The notes under the pieces were generated by a model. It was not told the DNA's origin. It made no database searches and saw only the letters and a program-made list of their open reading frames with translations. A DNA stretch of 51,344 nucleotides from Candidatus Buchananbacteria bacterium (GTDB taxonomy: Bacteria; Patescibacteriota; Patescibacteriia; CAIXNZ01), in contig WJKP01000017.1 in the NCBI GenBank assembly GCA_014729025.1, positions 1 through 51,344 of the forward strand. The letters are read 5' to 3'. The position numbers and the translations under genes are program-made. Shown here piece after piece: positions 8,299 through 15,797 of this stretch (positions within the stretch are counted from its first letter, which is position 1; each line of letters begins with the position of its first letter).

Positions 8299-9479
8299 AT
8301 ATTTTGTTTCAAAATATCAGCTACTGATTTATCACGAATTTCACCGATTAAATAATTTTCTTTATCAACAACGGGTAAAGGATAAGTTTTGGTTATAATA
8401 TTTGGTAAAATATCTTTAATAGAAGCAAGATAATAACCTGGTTTAACATAAACTATTAAATCAGCAATTGTTTCTTTATCGGCTTTACTGAGCGTGTTTT
8501 GAGTAACAATACCACGATACAAACCTTTATCTGTCACAAATACAGTCTGAGCATTGTTTTTCTTCATTTTAGCAAAAACTTCATCAACTGAATCTTTTAT
8601 ATCAGCTTCAAAACTTACTTGATTCATAACATTTTCCAAGCGAATAACAGCAGGACGATCGACGTCAGAAATAAAAGTTTTAACATATTCATCTGCTGGA
8701 TTAAGCAATATATTTTCCGGAGTATCTATCTGAACCAATTCGCCTTCACTATTAAGAATGGCTATTCGATCACCAAGTTTAATAGCCTCATTTAAATCAT
8801 GGGTTACAAAAAGTATTGTTTTACCCATTTTTTCCTGTAAACTTAAAAGCTCATTTTGCAAATTAGTTCTAATAAGGGGGTCTAACGCACTGAAAGGTTC
8901 ATCCATGAGCAAAATTTCCGGATCAATTGCCAAAGCCCTAGCTAAACCTACACGCTGCTTCATGCCTCCGCTTAATTCATCAACTTTTTTATTTTTCCAT
9001 TGATCTAAACCAACAATTTTTAAAACTTCTTCCCCCTTTTTCAGTCTTTCATCCTTGTCCATATTTTTTCTTATTTCCAAACCAAAAATAACATTTTTTA
9101 AAACACTCATATGAGGGAAAAGCGCAAAACTTTGAAAAACCATGCCCATAATAGTTCTTCTTATTTTTCTTAATCTTTCTTCATTTAAACAAGTAATATC
9201 TTCATTATTTACTTTTATAATTCCTTTAGTGGGTTCCTGCAAACGATTTATACAGCGTAAAAGAGTGCTTTTACCACTTCCTGAGAGTCCCATAATAACG
9301 AAAATTTCTTTTTCTTTTACATCAAACGAAATATTGCGAAGCGCGGTTAAAGCTCCGTTCTGCTTTTGGATTTCATCTCGAGTCTTTCCTTTTTCAATTA
9401 ATGAAAAAGCTTCTTCTTGATTAGAACCAAAAATTTTATACAAATTTTCTATTTGTATTTTAACTGAATTTTGCGACAT
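8295..9479 (-). CDS. glycine betaine/proline-type ABC transporter ATP-binding protein with C-terminal CBS pair (OpuAA/ProV family)
   Basis: Walker A GLSGSGKST, signature LSGGMKQRVGLARAL, Walker B LLMDEPFSALD; about 120-aa C-terminal CBS-like region. Confidence 0.9.
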   Translation of the reverse strand: MSQNSVKIQIENLYKIFGSNQEEAFSLIEKGKTRDEIQKQNGALTALRNISFDVKEKEIFVIMGLSGSGKSTLLRCINRLQEPTKGIIKVNNEDITCLNEERLRKIRRTIMGMVFQSFALFPHMSVLKNVIFGLEIRKNMDKDERLKKGEEVLKIVGLDQWKNKKVDELSGGMKQRVGLARALAIDPEILLMDEPFSALDPLIRTNLQNELLSLQEKMGKTILFVTHDLNEAIKLGDRIAILNSEGELVQIDTPENILLNPADEYVKTFISDVDRPAVIRLENVMNQVSFEADIKDSVDEVFAKMKKNNAQTVFVTDKGLYRGIVTQNTLSKADKETIADLIVYVKPGYYLASIKDILPNIITKTYPLPVVDKENYLIGEIRDKSVADILKQNI

Positions 9480-9533
9480 GAAATTATATATAAAACACTC
9501 TCATTTAAAAGAGAGTGTTTTATTTTTTGATTA

Positions 9534-10535
9534 TTATTTTAAATCTTCAATAGACTTTATATTCTCGTCCACATATTGAGGAACCGCAAGTCCCAGCCAG
9601 GTCTGGGTAATATTTATACCGGCTATTTCCAGCTGATCGCCTTTTTCTTCCCAATATGATTGATGCGTAGTAGGTAACCAACCAGCTACGCTAACATCTA
9701 TTTGTTTGTCAGCAAGTGAAGTATAAACAACACCGCTATCCATTTCTTTAACTTCTGTTTGATAACCGATCTCTTCAAGAATAGCAGCTACAACACGACT
9801 TTTAACAGTCGCTCCCGGCCAAGGTGGAATACCAATAGTTATGGCATCTTTACCTAAATCAGTTTCTTGCGATGGTAGCCATTTTTCAATAAGATCCCGA
9901 TTTTCATCAACATATTCATCAGCAATAACTTCTGGATCTTTATCCTGTACATTTAATTGATAAATCCAATTGCTTTGAGTATCAGAAGAAACATTAAAAT
10001 TTTGGAAAAAATTATACGCCACAGGAGCATCATTTTTAAAGCCTTGATAAACTACTGTAGCAATTACATCTGATGATACTTCGGCGGCAGAATATTCTGG
10101 AGCAAATTCCTTCAAAAATTCTTTAGTTGCTTGGGGATCATTATAAATATTCTCAGGATCCTCAAGTTTACGTAAATCAGCTATGGCAAAAGCTGAATGT
10201 GGTTCCCAAACTGTAGCAATAATCGGCTCATTATTTTCAACTGAATCTTGTAGTGCCGACATCATAGCAGCAGAACTGCTTGCTGAAAGCTGCCAACCAG
10301 CCTTTTCAAGAGTGTATTTATCCATAGCTTTCTCAGTATTAATCATAATACCTGCTCCAGGATCAATCCCCGTAATAGTGAAATCAACTGCTCCTGCAAA
10401 AGCAGATTTTGAGATATTATTTTGTTGTTCCAGTGCTTGTTGCTGCTCTCCGCTTGACATTAACCAAATCACAACAGCGCCAATAATTACAAGGGCAATG
10501 ATAATTGGCACATAATTTTTTTTATTTTTTTCCAT
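9534..10535 (-). CDS. glycine betaine-type ABC substrate-binding protein (OpuAC/ProX family), TM-anchored
   Basis: 333-aa ORF; N-terminal TM without lipobox Cys; OpuAC-like block PPWPGATVKSRVVAAILEEIGYQTEVKEMDSGVVYTSLADKQIDVSVAGWLP. Confidence 0.8.
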   Translation of the reverse strand: MEKNKKNYVPIIIALVIIGAVVIWLMSSGEQQQALEQQNNISKSAFAGAVDFTITGIDPGAGIMINTEKAMDKYTLEKAGWQLSASSSAAMMSALQDSVENNEPIIATVWEPHSAFAIADLRKLEDPENIYNDPQATKEFLKEFAPEYSAAEVSSDVIATVVYQGFKNDAPVAYNFFQNFNVSSDTQSNWIYQLNVQDKDPEVIADEYVDENRDLIEKWLPSQETDLGKDAITIGIPPWPGATVKSRVVAAILEEIGYQTEVKEMDSGVVYTSLADKQIDVSVAGWLPTTHQSYWEEKGDQLEIAGINITQTWLGLAVPQYVDENIKSIEDLK

Positions 10536-10678
10536 ATGCCTTAAGTTATTTATTAGTTTAAACTTATTTTTTTTAATTTAACACAATTTTATCTGATTGA
10601 CAAGCCAAAATTTAAATATTGCTTATCTTAAAATAATTTGCTAAAGTAAAATAAATCCAAATAACAGGAGGGGTGAAA

Positions 10679-10819
10679 ATGATAGCAAATATATTAAGTT
10701 TAAACATTATTTTTGCTGCTGGAATCATGATTGTAATGGGCAGTAAAAAAAATAATAAATACTTATATATTGGAGGAATAATTGTAGCTATATTAGGTTT
10801 ATTACCAATTTTTATTTAA
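10679..10819 (+). CDS. 46-aa two-TM small membrane protein (below ORF-track cutoff)
   Basis: ATG preceded by AGGAGGGGTGAAA; MIANILSLNIIFAAGIMIVMGSKKNNKYLYIGGIIVAILGLLPIFI; hairpin AAGCTTC..GGAAGCTT downstream. Confidence 0.45.
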   Translation: MIANILSLNIIFAAGIMIVMGSKKNNKYLYIGGIIVAILGLLPIFI

Positions 10820-10892
10820 ATTTTTTTTTAATCAAGCTTCTCAAATACCTAGGAAGCTTTATTTAATGAGCTTAATATAATCATTGTTCATT

Positions 10893-10925
10893 AAACCCCA
10901 GCGATAATATCAACGGGGTTTTTGT
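10893..10925 (+). terminator. terminator hairpin AAACCCCAGCGATAATATCAACGGGGTTT plus T-run
   Basis: Stem CCCC/GGGG with GAT-ATTATC core; related in sequence to hairpins at 11411 and 12418. Confidence 0.5.
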
Positions 10926-10947
10926 TTTAATAAAAGCACACCAAGCC

Positions 10948-10976
10948 TTGCCAAACATAAAAATTAATGCTATAAT
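10948..10976 (+). promoter_or_regulatory. sigma70-like promoter TTGCCA-N17-TATAAT
   Basis: TTGCCA 10948-10953, TATAAT 10971-10976. Confidence 0.55.
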
Positions 10977-10982
10977 AGTTTC

Positions 10983-11053
10983 ACAAGGATTTCAGTCATA
11001 GGCTGCCTGTCTGCCTGTGGCAGGATCCGCCTTTAGCGGAAATTCCTTTTTTT
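10983..11053 (+). ncRNA. candidate ~70-nt structured RNA or leader upstream of tRNA-Asp
   Basis: Closing stem AAGGATTTC/GAAATTCCTT, inner hairpins CTGCC..GGCAG and CCGC-cttta-GCGG, then T7. Confidence 0.3.
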
Positions 11054-11108
11054 GTTTTAAATATATGAAGTTCGTATTTTATACTCACTACATTAATTTT
11101 ACTTTTAT

Positions 11109-11182
11109 GGGGGCGTAGCTCAGTTGGTTAGAGCGCTTGCCTGTCACGCAAGAGGTCGCGAGTTCGAGTCTCGTCGTCCCCG
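11109..11182 (+). tRNA. tRNA-Asp (GTC), CCA not encoded
   Basis: Acceptor GGGGGCG/CGTCCCC (one G-T pair), D-arm GCTCAGTTGGTTAGAGC, anticodon loop CTGTCAC, T-arm GCGAGTTCGAGTCTCGT, discriminator G. Confidence 0.9.
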
Positions 11183-11262
11183 CACTTCGGTCTTCACTTC
11201 GTTCAGACCTCAGTGTCTAAAGACCTTTACCGAAGTCGCTGACGAACGTAGTGAGGAAGTGA
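11183..11262 (+). repeat. tRNA 3'-trailer element, copy 2 (after tRNA-Asp)
   Basis: CACTTCGGTCTTCACTTCGTTCAGACCTCAGTGTCTAAAGACCTTTACCGAAGTCGCTGACGAACGTAGTGAGGAAGTGA; followed by terminator AAATAACCACC-tttc-GGTGGTTATTT. Confidence 0.75.
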
Positions 11263-11265
11263 CAA

Positions 11266-11295
11266 AAATAACCACCTTTCGGTGGTTATTTTATT
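11266..11295 (+). terminator. rho-independent terminator after tRNA-Asp plus trailer
   Basis: ATAACCACC-tttc-GGTGGTTAT followed by a T-rich run. Confidence 0.7.
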
Positions 11296-11410
11296 TTGTA
11301 TAATTTTTTCATTACATTTTCATTAAATCTATTTTTAAAAAAAATTAATTCTCAAATTAGTTTTTTTGATTAGGTCTACGAGACGGTTAGAACTTTAAGA
11401 AATAAAAAAA

Positions 11411-11435
11411 GACCCAGCGATGTTATCACTGGGTC
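11411..11435 (-). terminator. terminator hairpin of cassette 1
   Basis: GACCCAGCGAT-gtt-ATCACTGGGTC with a T-run on the minus strand; overlaps the stop codon. Confidence 0.6.
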
Positions 11436-11776
11436 ATATCCAATGCGTTTTTTATTATTGGTCTGTATTTTTCAGGGGTTTTAATCTTATAACCTATACT
11501 TTCCCATCCTCTAATATTTCCTTTCTCACATTCGCCTGCACCAATTGCAGTTGGCAAATCTGCAGGATTTTTCCCAAGAATACCTCTATGCCAAGCACTC
11601 CATAGTAAATCTTTATGTTCAAAAATTTCGAAAGAACCGACAAGAAGTAAATCATTCTTTTGTCCAATTTGCTCTTTGGGAAAAAATAAAAATTTACAGG
11701 CTTTTGTTTTATGACTTTGGGAATTATAATCTACAGCTTGTTTTGGTCTCTTACTTATAAATTTCACAATTATCAT
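11426..11776 (-). CDS. hypothetical protein (cassette 1)
   Basis: 116-aa ORF, perfect SD AAAGGAGGTG, own promoter; no family recognised. Confidence 0.6.
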   Translation of the reverse strand: MIIVKFISKRPKQAVDYNSQSHKTKACKFLFFPKEQIGQKNDLLLVGSFEIFEHKDLLWSAWHRGILGKNPADLPTAIGAGECEKGNIRGWESIGYKIKTPEKYRPIIKNALDMTQ

Positions 11777-11803
11777 CCTTTACACCTCCTTTTTTGATTT
11801 TAT

Positions 11804-11832
11804 ATATTATCATTTTTTTGCAAAAAAGTCAA
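11804..11832 (-). promoter_or_regulatory. promoter TTGACT-N17-TAATAT for cassette 1
   Basis: Minus-strand TTGACT (11827-11832) and TAATAT (11804-11809), 17-nt spacer. Confidence 0.55.
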
Positions 11833-11851
11833 GCGTTTTACATTAACAAAC

Positions 11852-11868
11852 AGTTCCAACATAGTCAA
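11852..11868 (-). repeat. 17-nt cassette box, copy 1 (TTGACTATGTTGGAACT in gene sense)
   Basis: Exact match to 12921-12937; 16/17 overlap with 12263-12278. Confidence 0.8.
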
Positions 11869-11931
11869 TAAGGCTCCGTGGGTATCAGAAAAACAAGGTA
11901 TTAACCTTGTTTTTCTATTTTATGGAAATTT

Positions 11932-12213
11932 CTATTTGTTAGTGGATACACAACTATATTCATTAAATTTTACTTGCTTCCAATTACCATTCTTAATAAA
12001 GCAGAATAATTTATTATTTATATTTTTATATATCAGTATAGTGGTACAAGTTCCTTTAATATCATAAACTCCTTCCATTGAAGACGCCTCACAATGCTCA
12101 AACTCTTCAGTAACATTATATGTTGGATTAAATTTTATATTGAGCCCAATAACAACAATTAAAAATACAATTATGATTAGGACTAAAAATACAATTTTAG
12201 AATTTTTTTTCAT
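11932..12213 (-). CDS. small Cys-containing exported/membrane-anchored protein (cassette 2)
   Basis: 93-aa ORF, N-terminal TM/signal (IVFLVLIIIVFLIVVIGL), 5 Cys in the mature part. Confidence 0.5.
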   Translation of the reverse strand: MKKNSKIVFLVLIIIVFLIVVIGLNIKFNPTYNVTEEFEHCEASSMEGVYDIKGTCTTILIYKNINNKLFCFIKNGNWKQVKFNEYSCVSTNK

Positions 12214-12262
12214 AAATATTTTTTAATAATCTATGTTCATATAATATCATAATTAACCAATT

Positions 12263-12278
12263 GTTCCAACATAGTCAA
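12263..12278 (-). repeat. cassette box, copy 2
   Basis: GTTCCAACATAGTCAA on plus strand, 3 nt from the duplicated tRNA-Asp 3' end. Confidence 0.8.
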
Positions 12279-12281
12279 CTA

Positions 12282-12368
12282 GTCCCCGCACTTCGGTCTT
12301 CACTTCGTTCAGACCTCAGTGTCTAAAGACCTTTACCGAAGTCGCTGACGAACATAGTGAGGAAGTGA
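12282..12368 (+). repeat. orphan duplicate of tRNA-Asp 3' end (7 nt) plus trailer element (copy 3)
   Basis: 87 nt matching 11176-11262 at all but one position (A at 12354 versus G at 11248). Confidence 0.9.
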
Positions 12369-12370
12369 TA

Positions 12371-12402
12371 CGAAACTAGAACTTTTTCAAGTTCTAGTTT
12401 TT
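12371..12402 (+). terminator. hairpin terminator after trailer copy 3
   Basis: AAACTAGAAC-ttttca-AGTTCTAGTTTTT. Confidence 0.55.
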
Positions 12403-12457
12403 GGTTTCAAATAAAAAGACCCTTTGATATTATCGCCGGGTCAGGGTTCTTCGTTCG

Positions 12458-12661
12458 TTATGTTTCTGACTTTGGAATGGCAGTAATAATCCCGCAAAAT
12501 CCTACGTAAAATAAGATTGAAGATACTGCTATCACATAGCCAATACCTGTAAACTTCGTATCAGGCATATAGCCATATAAAAGCAAAGAAAACATTCCAC
12601 CTAACATTGCTGCCCAAGGCAGAAAGAACAAGTAAGGTCCGAGCCATCGTAATTTTTTCAT
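12458..12661 (-). CDS. 67-aa two-TM small membrane protein (cassette 3, second gene)
   Basis: SD AAAGGAG; hydrophobic helices; related terminator hairpin GACCCTTTGAT-att-ATCGCCGGGTC at 12418-12442. Confidence 0.5.
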   Translation of the reverse strand: MKKLRWLGPYLFFLPWAAMLGGMFSLLLYGYMPDTKFTGIGYVIAVSSILFYVGFCGIITAIPKSET

Positions 12662-12674
12662 CTTTTTCTCCTTT

Positions 12675-12860
12675 TTAAGATATCTCTTTCTTAGTCTTCT
12701 CTTTTTTGGGTATGATTAGGGCTGCCAATCCCATAAGGACAGCTACCAAGATAAGGAAAAGACCAAGGTCTTCTTTTCTGGGGATTGATAGGATTGCCAT
12801 TCCAATAGCCGAAATAAAGCCAGCGATTACAACAAGTATCAAAGCGATATTTTTCTTCAT
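12675..12860 (-). CDS. 61-aa two-TM small membrane protein (cassette 3, first gene)
   Basis: Perfect SD GAAAGGAGGAA; MKKNIALILVVIAGFISAIGMAILSI... Confidence 0.55.
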   Translation of the reverse strand: MKKNIALILVVIAGFISAIGMAILSIPRKEDLGLFLILVAVLMGLAALIIPKKEKTKKEIS

Positions 12861-12886
12861 TTCGAATTCCTCCTTTCTGATAATTT

Positions 12887-12915
12887 AACTTATCAAAAAA
12901 AGATTAAAATGTCAA
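12887..12915 (-). promoter_or_regulatory. promoter TTGACA-N17-TAAGTT for cassette 3
   Basis: Minus-strand TTGACA (12910-12915) and TAAGTT (12887-12892). Confidence 0.45.
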
Positions 12916-12920
12916 CAAAT

Positions 12921-12937
12921 AGTTCCAACATAGTCAA
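12921..12937 (-). repeat. 17-nt cassette box, copy 3
   Basis: AGTTCCAACATAGTCAA on plus strand, identical to 11852-11868. Confidence 0.8.
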
Positions 12938-13003
12938 TTAGACGCCACATTAAATAAAAAAAGAACCAATAGTATGGGTTCTTTTTTTTATTTTATTAAA
13001 TTA

Positions 13004-13588
13004 CTATTTTTTATTATTCTTCTTAACCAAATTATAGGTCTTAGCCAATAAAGTTAATATTTCAGCCGTGTTTTTTTCTGATTTTAAATCAATTTGATAA
13101 TCAAGCTCAGCTCTTTGATCCTGCACTTCTGACTGACGATTTTGTGAAATTAAAATAAAAGTAGCTAATAAAATCGCTTCCAAGGAAACAATCAAAGTTA
13201 ATAACCCAAAAGGAAATGGATCAAACGGATTTTCAATACTTAAATTATAAATCAACCAGCCTGCAAACCAGACAATATGAATATAAATAAAATTCATACT
13301 ACCACAAAAATCAGTAATTGCATCGGAAATTTTATCAGTAAGCGTTTCGTTGCTTTCAATTTCCTTTCTTATATTTTTAGTGAGTGTTAAAATATGCTTA
13401 TTAGTCTCTAACCAATCCTGTTTATTGCCTTTTTCAATACAAATTTCACAAGGCGAAGCGACTTCGCCTTCAATCATGGCCTGCAAATTACCGCAACGAG
13501 AACACTTATAAATCAAATCTTTTTTAGATTTTTTACCGACTTTTAAAATTTTATTTTTTTGAACCATATTTTTATAATTAATTGCCAA
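13004..13588 (-). CDS. DUF1003-family membrane protein with N-terminal zinc ribbon
   Basis: CSRCGN...CEIC; DUF1003-like block ITDFCGSMNFIYIHIVWFAGWLIYN...DPFPFGLLTLIVSLEAILLATFILISQNR. Confidence 0.7.
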   Translation of the reverse strand: MAINYKNMVQKNKILKVGKKSKKDLIYKCSRCGNLQAMIEGEVASPCEICIEKGNKQDWLETNKHILTLTKNIRKEIESNETLTDKISDAITDFCGSMNFIYIHIVWFAGWLIYNLSIENPFDPFPFGLLTLIVSLEAILLATFILISQNRQSEVQDQRAELDYQIDLKSEKNTAEILTLLAKTYNLVKKNNKK

Positions 13589-13591
13589 TAA

Positions 13592-14959
13592 TTAATAACC
13601 TAGCTCTTTCTTATATTTTTCATAATCTGGTTTCCCTAATAAGGCCTGGGTATAATTTTTACTTTGTTCTACTCCTGGCTGATTAAAAACATTGACCTGC
13701 ATTAATTCTCCTAGATAAAGTGCGGCTATTTCAAAAAAATAAAATAATTGTCCCAGGCAATATTCGTTTAATTCCGGTAAAATAATCGTGCCATTGGGGC
13801 GCTTGTTTTTCATTAAAGAAACAGCCGTAGCCTGATGTTCAATATTTAAAATATCAGCAAACTTATGACCGCCTAAATATTCCAAATCAGTATTTTTATA
13901 TTTCGGTACTTTTAAATTATTTTTTATTTTTGCTACTTTAATAAAAGTAATTATTTTATCATAGGGGCCTTCAATATATAATTGGATCTGTGAATGCTGA
14001 TCAGTCGGGCCCAAAGCCGCAACAGGTGTAATCCCCAAATTAACTTTTTTATTTTTAAAATTAACTTTATTAGCCAAACTTTCTCCCCATAACTGCCTGA
14101 ACCATTGACTGAATTCAGCTAACGCATTGGCATAAGGCATTAAAACTGAAATATTTTGTTGACGTTTTGTGTATGCTAAATACTGCAAAGCAGCAAATAA
14201 AAAAGGTGAATTTTTAGCAACTCTATTATTTTTACTTTGTCTGACCATTGTTTTGGCTCCGGCTAAAAGCCTTTCAATATCAAATCCGGCAGCCGCAGCC
14301 GGCAATAAACCATTAACTGATAAAACCGAATAACGCCCACCGCCAGGATAATGCGGTAAAACCAAATAATCTTCTTTTTGAGCTATTTCCCCTAAACTGC
14401 CTGTTTCTGTATTAGTGGTAATAATAAAATGTTCTTTATGTTTTTTATAGCCCATTTGCCAAATCATTTTTTTACGTAAAAATAAAAAATTAGACAAAGT
14501 TTCAATGGTATTGCCTGATTTGGAAACTATATAAAAAACAGTTTTCTTTAAATTTAAAACTTTAATTAAATCAGCCAAAGGCTGGGGATCAGTTGTATTA
14601 CCACTAAAATAAATTTTTAATTTGCGCCATTTTTTCGGCAATTGATTGGCATCTTGGCCGGCTAAAGCCTGATAAATCGCTTTGGCTCCTAAATTTGAAC
14701 CGCCAATACCAACTACTACCAAATTATCAAACTTAGCTGGCAATTTACGGGTTATTCTTAAAACTTGTCGTAAAGTCTGATTATCATAAGGTGATTTTAA
14801 AAAACTTAATTCCGATTCATTTTTGGTTTGTTTTATTTTTTTATTAAAACTTTTTAAATTTTTAGCTAATTTTTCCAATTCCTGCTTTTTAAACCCAAAA
14901 CGGCCGACTTTATCAGCTGACATAAATGCGTAATCGTATTGTATTTTACCTCCAAGCAT
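13592..14959 (-). CDS. pgi: glucose-6-phosphate isomerase
   Basis: 455-aa ORF; SIS/PGI blocks VVVGIGGSNLGAKA, IVSKSGNTIET, GGRYSVLS, QHSQIQLY. Confidence 0.9.
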   Translation of the reverse strand: MLGGKIQYDYAFMSADKVGRFGFKKQELEKLAKNLKSFNKKIKQTKNESELSFLKSPYDNQTLRQVLRITRKLPAKFDNLVVVGIGGSNLGAKAIYQALAGQDANQLPKKWRKLKIYFSGNTTDPQPLADLIKVLNLKKTVFYIVSKSGNTIETLSNFLFLRKKMIWQMGYKKHKEHFIITTNTETGSLGEIAQKEDYLVLPHYPGGGRYSVLSVNGLLPAAAAGFDIERLLAGAKTMVRQSKNNRVAKNSPFLFAALQYLAYTKRQQNISVLMPYANALAEFSQWFRQLWGESLANKVNFKNKKVNLGITPVAALGPTDQHSQIQLYIEGPYDKIITFIKVAKIKNNLKVPKYKNTDLEYLGGHKFADILNIEHQATAVSLMKNKRPNGTIILPELNEYCLGQLFYFFEIAALYLGELMQVNVFNQPGVEQSKNYTQALLGKPDYEKYKKELGY

Positions 14960-15071
14960 AATATAAAGTTTAATTTTTATTATCTTAATTATACCATATT
15001 AAAAGAATTTACTTAAAATTATAGGCAATAAATGGTATAATTAAATAAATTAATAATTTTAATCTAAAATC

Positions 15072-15797
15072 ATGAAAAATTTCACCATTATATTGTTTAT
15101 TTTTTACATTTTATTTTTAATGGGTTCTTTGTTTATTATTGACCCTTTATTATTTTTTCTAACAATTTTTGTCGGTTTTGTAATAGGGTTTATTTGCCTA
15201 AATTATTATCTTAGTTTTTGGCGCGGCATCTCAATTGGCATATTATTTATTTTTTTACCTTTTATTTTTGAATATCTAGGATTTAGATTTAATTTACCTT
15301 TTTTTGATACCCATTTAATCCAAACATTGACTTTAAACCAAATTGATTTACCAATTACTTTGAATACGCTTTTTTCAATTTTTACCATCCCCTTGCTTCT
15401 TATTAGTGCCTTATTTTTTAGCCATAAATTAAAGCTTTTTGCCAATGTTAAAAATTATCATAAAACATTTATTATTATTACCGGTTCATTACTGGTAGCG
15501 CTTAATTTTTTATCTATAACCAACGAAGCGATCAAATATCAGGATTTTCTAAAATGGCTGGCAATTGCTTTGGTTATTAATTTTATTTTATCATGGCTTT
15601 ATAAATTTCAGGTTGAAACTCCGGAAATTTATAAAGAATTACCGATCATTCTTTATTTATCCATTTATGGCAGCCGGGCTTTAAGAAGTTTTGATTATTT
15701 TAATCTGACTATTACAGTAATTTTGACTTTTGCCTATTTAATTGTTTTATATAATGAATATAAACTAAAAAAAATCAGTCAACAGGAGCAGTCTTAG
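15072..15797 (+). CDS. polytopic membrane protein, unknown function
   Basis: 241-aa hydrophobic ORF; 3' end overlaps convergent lgt by 23 nt. Confidence 0.5.
   Translation: MKNFTIILFIFYILFLMGSLFIIDPLLFFLTIFVGFVIGFICLNYYLSFWRGISIGILFIFLPFIFEYLGFRFNLPFFDTHLIQTLTLNQIDLPITLNTLFSIFTIPLLLISALFFSHKLKLFANVKNYHKTFIIITGSLLVALNFLSITNEAIKYQDFLKWLAIALVINFILSWLYKFQVETPEIYKELPIILYLSIYGSRALRSFDYFNLTITVILTFAYLIVLYNEYKLKKISQQEQS

Noticed and set aside
11263-12281. The insert between the 87-nt direct repeats as a complete integrative element or prophage
   Set aside because: It carries no integrase, excisionase or replication gene, only two small ORFs. It is reported only as an att-like duplication and cassette array.
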